NCBI GenBank assembly: GCA_002245135.1
Contig: NGBS01001160.1
Coordinates: 682,001 to 746,000 of the forward strand
Origin: Proteromonas lacertae
Taxonomy: Eukaryota
Reading direction: 5' to 3'
Length of the DNA: 64,000 nt
Part shown: in pieces, positions 1 to 11,179 of the stretch
How positions within the stretch are numbered: the first letter of the stretch is position 1
How the letters are laid out: the number at the start of each line of letters is the position of its first letter
The notes under the pieces: generated by a model
The model's database searches: none
Seen by the model: the letters and a program-made list of their open reading frames with translations, nothing else
What the model was told of the DNA's origin: nothing
Program-made: the position numbers and the translations under genes

Positions 1-106
1 TCTATCATAAATATCAATAAATGAGAAAGACATACAGAGAATCAACATCAACAGCATCAGTTTCAAGAGAATGCACAAAATCTTCAGTAGGTTTGATAGT
101 TGACAT
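1..106 (-). CDS. 5' end of an unidentified gene running off the window (first exon plus intron)
   Basis: ATG at 106 opens MSTIKPTEDFVHSLETDAVDVDS, followed by a 34-nt GTATGT...ATAG intron (35..2). Confidence 0.6.
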
Positions 107-202
107 TATTTTAGATTTGTTCTCTCAGAAATACAAAAGAATCTAAAAAAGCAAATTTGGTTTATGAAAAAAACATTTTGGTATTAATTTTTAAAAAGTG
201 TT

Positions 203-934
203 TTATCTGGGTGGAAGACCATATTTTTCTGGATTAAAATCATTTAATGTGTTTAATACTTCATCAGCATCTGTAAACAAACTTAAATTATGAATCTCTC
301 CAGGAATAGCAATTGCAGTCATTCCAGCAGCTTTAGAACCTTTTATACCATTTACACTATCTTCAAACACAATACAATCTTTCGGTGATACTTTCATCTT
401 TTCTGCTGCCTTTAAAAAGATATCTGGTGCTGGCTTACCATTTATTACTTCATTTCCTGTTGCCATACATTCAAAACGTTTTAACATTTCTGGATGCCTT
501 TCCATTTTCTTATATACTGATTCTGGAATTGAAGAAGTTGCTAGACATTGCCTTATGTTGTGATTGAAAAAATATTCTGTCAATTCATTTGCTCCAACAG
601 TATATTCTGCATCTGACATCACTTCTTGACAATATCTTTCCCATCTCTCATTCTATTGTTTTTATATCACATAATTATAAATATACATATTCTTCTATTG
701 TAATTGGCAATTGCATTGAATTTATTATTATCTCAGAATGTTTTGATTGATTAACACCAATAACACTTTCCCTCACATCTCTTGGTAATTTGCTAGAGTC
801 TTTTCCACACTCATCTATAATTCTGTGAATGATTTTTTCGTTGATTATTTCTGTAATTAAAAGAGTTCCATCTAAATCCCATATTATACACTTTTTAACT
901 ATTTATCAATGTATATGAATAATATACCAGACAT
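203..934 (-). CDS. HAD-superfamily hydrolase (HDHD1/pseudouridine-5'-phosphatase-like), 2 introns
   Basis: Spliced N-terminus MSVKKCIIWDLDGTLL (HAD motif I DxDGT), then LATSS, GKPAPDIFL, CIVFEDSVNGIKG and a C-terminal FNPEKYGLPP. Confidence 0.9.
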
Positions 935-1097
935 TATATGTTATTAATTTAGAAAATTAGCTTGTTAGTAATGAATAATATACTATTTTAATTATTTGGT
1001 GTAACGAAAAGAAACACTATTTTCGTACACCACTACATTAAAATTGTAAATTTCTCCCCATAAACATAACTAAAATAACGCTATAGGTTTATAATAA

Positions 1098-2756
1098 TTA
1101 ATCTTGAGATGGTTTCTTTTGAATGAATCTCTGAGTTTCTTCATTTGCATGAGCATGTTCTAAATCTAAATACTCTTCATCATCTTGTCTTCTTTCTTCA
1201 GGTAAATTCATATAAACAGTTTTAACTCTAGATGGTCTAAATACACACATCACAACTAAGAAAGCAACTAAAAACAAAATTTCCCATCCACCATACATTA
1301 AGCTATATAAATAAAAACAATAATTCAAATATATATATATACAACCAGTAAACTCTCCATACAACAGTCATATTACCTTTCAACCATCTTCCAAAAATAA
1401 CAAATTGAACAAAAACAGAGAAAGTGATCATCAAATATAATAAATACTTCATAGTACTAAATTTCTTAGATGTTTGAGCTTGATCTGAAGTTTCTAAATC
1501 AACTTGTAAAGATTTTATATTCTTCAATAACCAATAGAATAATATTGAATCTAATATTGATGTAAATATTTGAGTAATATATGTTGCTGAATGAGTTAAT
1601 CCATTTGGTAACATAAACACTACTAACTGGAAAAATGTCATTGTAATATAAACCATTCCAAAACAAGTGGCTTTACAGAGCACTTGACCCATTGCTGGAC
1701 GTGTAGTACCAAAACCCATTGTAACAAATAAAAAGAATATTCTACTAATAGTTTTTCTACATGCATATATAAATGCAGTGAATAGAAATAGCATAATATT
1801 AGCAGAACCATTCTTATTATATCCATCATAATATGAATGTACAAATGCTGTATCAATAACACAGAAAATAAGAACGATAAGTATCCATACTTGAATAGTA
1901 TGAAATGAACAGGTGAATAAACAAAAAGCAAACCAATTGATGAGTAAAATTACATAGATTATAGTTAAAGCTATTCATAAATTAATATATAAATACCATA
2001 GGAACATTCCATTGTTCTATATGATTCTCCGCCTAAGAAACCAAATCCATTCTTATATATCACAGATCCATTTACATTTAATGTAATATCATTATTTCTT
2101 TTATTATTATTATTATTATCACAGAATAAAAGATAATAATAATAATATTCTGAATGACCTAATGAGAATACATCTGTCTTTGCACCTGGTGCTCTAAATG
2201 AATATATTATATTATATATTATTATTATTATTATTATACGATGAGGTGAATGAAATATTATGAAAATATAATATTGAATTTTTTGCATTACCTATTATTG
2301 GTCCATTTACAATGCTACAGATTTTGTTCTTCTTTAAATTCTCTGTACAACAATAGTATACTACTTTTGTTTTGGGATTTTGATAGCCAAATGCTTTGAA
2401 ACCTACATCATTTGTGTTGATTACCTAATTATCAGTGTATTATGTTGTTATCATGTATACATTTAACATTCCAATAGTTTTATTCTTATTTGGTTCATCT
2501 TTTGCATTGGTAAATGAATATTTGAAAGAAAGAGTAACCATTGAAGATCCACGTGTTTTTCTAGCATTTTCAATAACAAATAAAATGTATACACAGGTGA
2601 ATCTTTTGCAGAATATATCGCTTCTTCTCCTACCTTCGTCAGTACTTCATTATTCAAAATTTTTGAGAAAGATGTTTTTGAAGCATTAATAAATCCAATT
2701 ATTAACAAATACTAAACGAATGTAAATTTTATTTATACAAAAATGATAGATTTCAT
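1098..2756 (-). CDS. TMEM87/GPR107-type (lung seven-transmembrane, GOST) protein, multi-exon
   Basis: Signal peptide MKSIIF/YLLIIGFINAS, luminal end NGSVIYKNGFGFLGGE, TM motif ISRIFFLFVTMGFGTTRP, and GWEILFLVAFLVVMCVFRPS. ORF fragments are joined by GT-AG introns. Confidence 0.8.
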
Positions 2757-2837
2757 GAGAAAAACAATAAAAAGAAGAAATTTAAAAAAAGAAATATTAT
2801 CGTTTTAGTTTTAGTTGTTTTTTGAATTTTCAAAGTA

Positions 2838-4142
2838 ATGGAAGACATAATTAAGCTTTATGGACTGTTTCTAGAAAATTTAAAATCATACTATGAGCCT
2901 GTATTTATTTATATTTTATGTTTTTAGGGTTTTGAAGTATTAGGTGATAGTGAAGTAGTAAAAAAAGTAAATGATATGATGGATTCACTAAAAATAGATG
3001 CTTCTGATGATTTCGAAACTGTATTCTTATTAATTTTTAATTCATAGTCCATAACGACAAATATTATAGCTCAACTTCCTGACTTAGCTAATATGACTAG
3101 AGAATACATTAATGAATTAATTAAATCAACCTTGTCAGAAAATCTATCACCTTCAGACATTGAATCTACATATATTCGTCCTTCCTTCGTAGAATTAGGA
3201 AGTCGATATGTATGTCAAGTTATATGTCTCTTTATATTGTATAAAATAAATGAAGTTAAATCAGAAGACACAATCGATACAGTTTATGAAAAATTTCATC
3301 AAATTGTTGATGTTGATGATTTATGTCAATATTTCCCAATATTTTATCCAGCGTATTATCGTTATTATCATTACATTAATTTATAATAGTTTTCGACATT
3401 CAAATGATCTATGCTATTGTGCATTATCAAATTTTCTTCCTCCCTCATTGCAAGATCAAAATTTAGAGTTAATAATCTATGCAAATAATGTAAATGACAA
3501 TATAAAACTAACAAATATATATCCACTCCATCTATTAGCTAATGAATCAGATGATATATGGGATGCTTGTGTTTGCAGTATGATCTATATAGTTTGTGGA
3601 GTAAAAATGGATATGCTGAATAAAGATAGACAAACACCTATTCAAATAGCAATGATGAAGAATGGTGCTTTATTCTCAGTGTTTATGAATTTAAAAATTG
3701 ATTCAAAAGTTAAACAAATGTATTCACCATCAGCATCTCCCATTCCTCCAATGCAACCAAATCAACAACAACAACAACAAGGATTTTCATTTAGATCACA
3801 AAGACCATCCTCTGGTATTATTCCAAGAACAACAAGTATTGGTTCAAGAGGAGGAATATCTCCAAGAATAGAGAATGATGGAACACCTGCTACTATGTAT
3901 GATTTAGAGTTATTAAAGAAAGAAATGAAAGATATGCAGAGTGAATTTGGTGCTACTTTGTTGTTATTTGGTAAAATCACTGGAGTATATGGTGAAGCTA
4001 TTGATATGGATGACACTTTAGGATCTGTATTGTTATTTATTGTTATTTATTGTTATTTATTGTTATTATATAGACTTTAAAGAATCATGAAAGTGCTGTT
4101 AGTGAAAATGACTCATTGTATGCAAATGACAGTGATGAATAA
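2838..4142 (+). CDS. Hypothetical multi-exon protein with a possible ankyrin-like segment and a Q/S/P-rich region
   Basis: ATG 2838 (MEDIIKLY), GT-AG introns, YPLHLLA and NKDRQTPIQIAM motifs, stop TAA 4140-4142. Confidence 0.65.
4028..4067. repeat. Intronic tandem repeat (TATTGTTATT)x4
   Basis: Directly visible inside the last intron of the 2838-4142 gene. Confidence 0.85.
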
Positions 4143-4186
4143 GAATATAATCCCCATTAATTAGTTATTTTTAGTTTATAAATGTT

Positions 4187-4948
4187 TTATTCGGTTAAAT
4201 TTAAATTACTATTGGCGTGAAAAGAAAGTGATGTAGTAATATTTAAAATCAAAACACACAATTCTGACTGATCTACACTATCTATTATATTTGTGAAGTA
4301 TTTCTTTAGTTTTTCTACTCTTCCATTGTCATCCAATCTATCTAACATTTCCCTCATCTTTATCTTATCGAAGTAAGTCTTTACCATTTCTTTTATAATA
4401 TACTTTACAAAATTATCATATTCTATCATTTTGCTTCCATCAATAGGTAGATCTTTCTTTGGTGTAGTTAATATTTCTTTTGAAGTTATTTTCTTATCAA
4501 TTAAGTCAACGGTTATAACAATAGAGAGAACTTTATCTTTAATACAATTACAAATAATAATTGTTGTAAATGTGCTTGTTCTACCATCATCTGAAACAAC
4601 AAAGTTGAATTCTTTACTCAAATGAGAGAGTATATGAAAATGCCTATAAGCTTTTCTATCTTTATATCCAAATATAGATTTAATTCTAGAAGGTGAAGTT
4701 CCTTCATAAGCTATTTCGAATATTTTCAAGCAATCATCTTCATTATCGTAGGGATTTTTAGATCCAAACCCTCGTTTCATTGGTATTTCATTGGTTTCTA
4801 GGAATTTTTGGAAGTTTCTTCTAGCTTGCCTTTCTCCTAAATGAATTGACTATGCAAATTTGTTGAGTGATATCTTTTTATCTTTATATTCTTCATAAAA
4901 CGGTCTTAATATATTTATATCAGTGATTCTTTTAGAATGTTTAACCAT
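4187..4948 (-). pseudogene. Intronless HTH-containing ORF interrupted by an in-frame TAG (paralog of 5210-6274)
   Basis: ATG 4948 gives MVKHSKR...ISLNKFA*SIHLGERQARRNFQKFLETNEIPMKRGFGSKNPY. TAG at 4850-4852 is in frame with the listed 4187-4780 ORF. Confidence 0.65.
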
Positions 4949-5209
4949 ATATAACAATTAAAAAGTAAAAAGTGAATTGATTCACTGGATGACTTTCTCC
5001 TTGAATAGACATTCAATGAGACAAAACACATAAAATGGCATAAAATTTATGTATTATAATCATCGTATAAAATACATAACACAATTATAAATAACTCTCA
5101 AGATTTTAGTTTTTCTCTTATTATGTAGAACTTAATTATTTAATTAATTTTTTATTTACATCAGTTAATAATTACTAACAATATACATTTTTTTTGTAAC
5201 TAAAGTACA

Positions 5210-6274
5210 TTATGCTAATTCAGATACAAGTACAGTTAGCTCGCCATATTGTGGATCAGCTGGAATAATTTTATTGTTACAGCGATTGGTGTTGTTATAT
5301 ATTTTATTTTTCAGCATTGTTAAGATATCTTGTTCTGGAGTATAAGAACTAGATTTTAAAGAATCATTCGCCATGTTATTGTCTATGTAATTCATACTGC
5401 TAATATTAAACTCTTTAATCAGACTTTTACTGTGAATGTCACACTCAAACTTATTTGTATCTTCATCCTCTTCATATTTTAAACCACACACAATGCTTTT
5501 CATCATATATAAAGATTCTGGTGGTGATGTAAAAATATTTCCCTTGTTGATAGAAGCTTTTGAGATTGTGTTAATTGCTTCGTAAAGCTCATTATCCTTC
5601 ATAGAAGCTAATAATCTGTTATAGTAATCGGAATAAACATTTACGCAACTTATATCGTCCGTTTTGTCCATTTTTCGCATTTTTAATTGTTGAAAGTAAG
5701 TGCAACTCATATTTTTAAACATTAGTTGTATAAAACCATTATACTCAGAAGTATTAACACAGGATAATAACAAAGGACTATTTTCTATCTTTACATTTCG
5801 ATAATTAACAGTATGATTGACAGTATTAATAATAATAGTGGCTATAAGGTGTAAATTAGAGTCTTTTATTCTCTTACCAAGTATTTCAAAAGATAACACT
5901 ATGACATCTTGTGGAATATAAGACAGTAAGTAACATTTCGAAGGGTAAGTAATATTCCTCACATGACGCAATACTGATGATGTTGAAATATCTTTAACAT
6001 GAATGGAATGTGAACTGGGATTATTATACATCTGAATAACTAAGTCGAGGAATTCATTTGATGAGTAGGGAATTTTGCACCCATACCCTCTTTTTGGGAA
6101 TAATGTACCATCCTTTTTCCATCTATCATATCTTCGTTTTGCCTGCCTCTCACATAGGTGTAGACATTGCCCCAATTTTTTTAAAGTGAGGTTATTGTTT
6201 TCATACTGCAGAAACAATGTCAATAAATCGGCTTTGGATAATTCTATATTCTTATGTGAAAGTGGAAGTGACAT
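5210..6274 (-). CDS. Intronless hypothetical protein with N-terminal helix-turn-helix (transposase-HTH-like)
   Basis: 354-aa ORF. LTLKKLGQCLHLCERQAKRRYDRWKKDG...KRGYG resembles transposase N-terminal HTH domains and aligns with the neighbouring ORF. Confidence 0.65.
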   Translation of the reverse strand: MSLPLSHKNIELSKADLLTLFLQYENNNLTLKKLGQCLHLCERQAKRRYDRWKKDGTLFPKRGYGCKIPYSSNEFLDLVIQMYNNPSSHSIHVKDISTSSVLRHVRNITYPSKCYLLSYIPQDVIVLSFEILGKRIKDSNLHLIATIIINTVNHTVNYRNVKIENSPLLLSCVNTSEYNGFIQLMFKNMSCTYFQQLKMRKMDKTDDISCVNVYSDYYNRLLASMKDNELYEAINTISKASINKGNIFTSPPESLYMMKSIVCGLKYEEDEDTNKFECDIHSKSLIKEFNISSMNYIDNNMANDSLKSSSYTPEQDILTMLKNKIYNNTNRCNNKIIPADPQYGELTVLVSELA

Positions 6275-7159
6275 ATCAGTTTTTTTAGTGGTGAAATTCT
6301 ATTGGTTTGCTAGGATGAAGGTTTAAAAACTCAAAATCATACACTTCTATTTATTATTAGTTTTTCATTACTAGGATAAAACATTCCTACAACTACAAAT
6401 TTTTATTAACTATAATCCGCAAGATAATTACCTCTGTAATAATAAAAATCACTTTTGATTATAAATGTACTATGCATATTATTAGGGAATTAATAACATT
6501 TTTATATGTTAATTATCAATGAACACCTGTTATATCATTTTCTATTTCTGTCAGCAAAACAACCCTCCAGTGTATTAGTATTATGCAGCTATATTAGACC
6601 ATTGCTATTTCTAGATATACTACTAATAACAAAACTGCTTTCAAGGCAGTTTATTTACTTTTATGTGAGTGATTATTAGATTTACAACACTACACCACAT
6701 AAAACGCATCTCATTTATGATTACAAAATGATTGTAGTAGAATTATATAATTCATTTGTTAAAAAGACAAGAGACATAATTCTAATACTTACGAAAAACC
6801 AATTAGTTCTTTCATAGAATGCATGTACATTCCCAAAGCTACAGGTAGTTGTTAATAAATTCTGTTAAAAAATAGATTTAATATAAACATCATGTTTATA
6901 GCATTATTATAATACTAAAATAAGTAAAACACTTGCATTACTTCTTTTTATAATGAACTGTTGAAAAATACAATAGTTAAATAAGGAGATTTTCAAAAGA
7001 TTATATACTTTATTATTAGAAATTGTTAATAGAAAGATATTCAATCATTTGACCAATCAAATTAGTCATTTTTTCACTCTAGATGACAATTGTCATTCAC
7101 TGTGAATGTGGGTGTGGAAATTTCACCCCACAAAAAAAGAAATATTCATTTTCAATGAA

Positions 7160-10100
7160 TTATGGTTTAACTGATATTACAAACGTTTTGATTTCCATTG
7201 GTTTTATAGAAATTTCCTCGTTTACTCTCTTATCAGAACTTCTTATCAGTTTAACTCTCTTAATTCCATCTTCACTATTCCAAGTCAATCTTTCTTTATC
7301 AACTACATCTTTCCTTTCATAACCAGTTAATATCATTTCAGTCACTTTTTCTATTTTCATTCCGTTGAAATACTCTCCTAATTCAATCTTTACTTCTTGT
7401 GATAATTCCTTATCTTCATTCTTTTCATAAATATGATGGAATCTTATTGTTATATCGTTATTATTATCCATTGAATGGAAACTCAATAATTCAATATTTT
7501 TAGGTAATTCTTTTGATAATAAACTATGTGAAGCAACACCATTTCTTTTATTATTAGCATTATTACCATAGTAATATGGAATTAATGGATGAGATAAGAA
7601 TCTAGATAATTGTCTATGTTGTTTAATTGATTTCTCTACTGTGTCAACTAATACCCATGATCTGACTTTAAATACATTATTCTCTTTTAAAGGTTCCATC
7701 ACACCATAACCATCATCGTTTATTGTTCTTCTATGTAACATAAACTCTAATTCACCATCACCTAAACTAGCAACTCCATGACTTCTATCATGTAATACAG
7801 TCAATCTTAACTCATCATCTTCAAGATATAATCTCATTACACTTGGATAGTAATTGCCTGCAACATTCTCACTTATATATTTATATTCATTATGTCTTCT
7901 ACGACTTTCTAATCCATTTAAGTCTGAATAAAAGGTATTCTTTGAATTAATATCTGTTCTGATTCTACTGATTATTTCTCTTCCATCATCTGTTGGACCT
8001 AAATCGAAAATATACTCAATTACATTGTTATTGTTATATTTGCTATTGTATAATCGAATTGTTTCAGAATAACCTTTTTTATAATTCATTTCTATTTCTT
8101 CTACTAATTTACCTTTTACAATTCTTACATTTGTTTTTACATTGCCATTTATACTTTCTAATTTACCATCAGTTGGGATTGCTAAATAGAATAATTCTAC
8201 ATTTACATCTTTATCATTCTTTTCTAAACTATGAAGTCTTACAGTAAAATCAGTTTGACTTCTACCCAAAATATTCACAACTATTGAACTCTTTACATCA
8301 CTTTTAACTTGACAAATCAAGAAATAATCTTCTCTAAATTCTTCATTTAATGGGAGTGTGACATCCTTTGTATCACTGCCTTTACCAATAACAATTCTTT
8401 CAGATTTCTTTGATAATATTTCCATATGACTGTAATAGGTAGAAAATGATTTCTTTTCACTTGTATATACTACATAATGTAAGTCTAAATCAGATTTCCA
8501 ATTACCTCTGGTTGAATCTTCAGTGTTGTTGTTGTTGTAACAGTAAATATAAACTGTGAAGTTCTTTTCATTAATATCTAATATACTACTAACAAAATAC
8601 TCTTCACCATCTGTATTGAATAATTCAGTTTGAATTTGAATTTCATTTCTATTAGGGAATGATTTCGTAAATGGAACTGTTATAGTTATATCTTTTCCAC
8701 TTTGATTTCCTATATGATAAACTCCAAATTCACTATTCTTATTCATATTATCTCTATTAATTGGTAATATTCCATTATGTAACATTGAACTAGATGAAGA
8801 TAGATACTTGTATTGGTAAATAATTTTTGCATTATCCAACTTCTTATTTCCAGTTATTACTACACCATCTTCTTTTACACCATTTACTGTAGTTAACATA
8901 GTCATTATTTCTGGTTTTCCTTGACTGAATGGAACTTCATGTGTGTGTGTTTTTTCTGCTGTTGATTGATAATCGCCATTATAACTTGTTGGCCTGAATG
9001 AATAAGCACCTGAACTTTGACCATTTGAATTACCTTCATATTGGTATAATTCTTCTTCAAAACGGATAGTTTTTGACAATTCTTTTAGTTTCAATTGGCT
9101 AATATGACCTGTAGTTTCATCTAATATTAATTCATATTTTGAATTTTCAATTGATGAAGCATCATTGTCAATCTTTCCTAAACTCTTTTTATTACTCTTT
9201 CCAATAGAAATATGATAAATTGCATAACCAACAGCTTCAACTTTAACTGGGAAGTATAAATAATATGAATTTTCTTTCTTATCAACCGAATAATCAGGTA
9301 TTATATTATATTGTATTTCTACTTCTTTATTATCACTATCTTTTACTATTAAATCATTTCTATCTACCATTATTGAGATAATTTCTTTAGGTTCCCATGA
9401 ATTTGAGTTATATATAACAATACCAACTTCTTCATCATTCTTTAGATTCTTTAATATCTCTTTATTATCACTTGTAATACCTTTCTTGTCTAAATTGTAA
9501 CTCAATAATTCACAGATGGCATTATTACCTTTCTCTATTCCTTCATTCAACATATTCACTTGAAAAAAAAATATTAAGGCAATACTAAAAAATATCTCCA
9601 TATAATAAAAATTAAAAAAAAGATATATAATCATCATTCACAAATTGTTTTTCAGTTCCTGTAATGGCATCATGATGAAGATTAACACCTTGATTCTGTC
9701 TTAATTTCATTATATTATCATAAATTATCTTTGTATCATTACCAGCTTTAACTTTACCATTAACAATAGAATCTGCAAATATTAATTCACTACTTCTCAA
9801 TACATTATAAGCATCTCTAATTAAACCTTTCTTATAAGGTCTGGATGTATAATAACCGCCCCAATAGGCATTTGTTTTATCAGCATATGGGAAGAAATCT
9901 CCTTTAAATACTGGCCATTTCTTTGTTTCAGTATTATTCTGATGAACTATATTAATATATTCACCAAATGTGGAATATCTAAACTTTATATGATATTTAT
10001 CATAATGTGAATTTACATATTCGATAAGTTCATCCATTGGATCAAAGCAATTATCTGCATTAGTGAATGAAAAATCTGCACCAAATGGGATTAAAACATT

Positions 10101-10979
10101 TCCACCATTATTATAACTATTTTAATATAGCAATAAGTATATAATAATAATTATACAATGCAGCTTTCTCTTTACATATTGGTACAAATTCATCAGCAAT
10201 TTTAGGTATATCCCATCCATAACCTCTTAATTTAGGATGTAAAGCCGACCAATAGTCATCAATTGACATATTTCTTGGTTTATACCAAGTATTGAATTTG
10301 ATTTGTGGTGGTGTATAATAATGATCCCAAAAATTGAACATAAATACATCAGATTCTTCTCCTAATGAAGTTGAACCTCTCCATATTGTTTCTAAGGTTT
10401 GACTTTGTCTACGACGTTCTTTATCTAAATAATCAATTCTATTTGTTCCAAATGCATCAAATCCCATTTCTGACATTAATCTTGCGTTTTGACTGGAATG
10501 ACCGAAAGGATCAATATGCCAACCTACTCTTGGTCTTATTCCAAATTGTTCTTTAATATATTTTGTTCCTAAAGCCATTTGATGAATCATTGCTTCATAA
10601 TTAGTACAAGCTTCATCATGCATAACCCATCCACCTAAATTCAACTCTAATTGACCATTCTTTACTAATTTTCTTGCTAATTCTTTTGATTCATCACTAG
10701 CTTCACTCCACCATCTTTGAAAAAAACTCTGTTCTACATAAGTAAATTTATGCTTTGGATTTTTATTCATTGATTCAAGTATTGAATTAATAATATATCT
10801 AACAGACTAAATTATTATATTTAAAATGGCTAAATATATACACTAGTGTAATACTGTTCCATTGTTGATCTCCAACCAGGATCTTCATGAGAATGAGGAA
10901 TTATATGAACAAGGAACTCATTTTCACCATAAGCAATTGAGCAGATAATTGCAAAGACTAGAAAATTCAAATATTTCAT
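7160..10979 (-). CDS. Lysosomal-type alpha-mannosidase, glycoside hydrolase family 38
   Basis: Signal peptide MKYLNFLVFAIICSIAYG, then HIIPHSHEDPGW, GGWVMHDEA, GWHIDPFGHS, DFFPYAD...YWGGYYTSRP, HHDAITGT, SGAYSFRP and ELEFMLHRR. Confidence 0.95.
9560..9626 (-). other. Candidate U12-type (minor spliceosome) intron with AT-AA termini
   Basis: 5' end ATATCTTTT, branch-like TTGCCTTAAT about 14 nt from the 3' end. Removal restores VNDDY|VNMLNEG in frame. Confidence 0.7.
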
Positions 10980-11179
10980 AAACACAATTCTTGGTTCTAC
11001 GTTTCTACGATTATAAATAATCTTGTTTTTTATTCTAAAATGTGTTGTTATATTACATCAAAGTGTTTTGCCCTGTTATATTACATCGGCTGAATTTGTC
11101 TCTTAATAGAATTTGAAAAAATAAAAAAAGTTTGACAAATTCAAACCATCATTTTTGATTTATTTTTAAAAAATTGAAA

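Noticed and set aside
4850..4852. Ciliate-type TAR=Gln genetic code
   Set aside because: TAA and TAG terminate many clear genes here (e.g. 18217, 30486, 38671), and long ORFs contain no in-frame TAR.
6632..6652. Hairpin AAACTGC...GCAGTTT as a terminator or histone stem-loop
   Set aside because: Single short stem in eukaryotic intergenic DNA with no associated gene end; does not match the histone stem-loop consensus.
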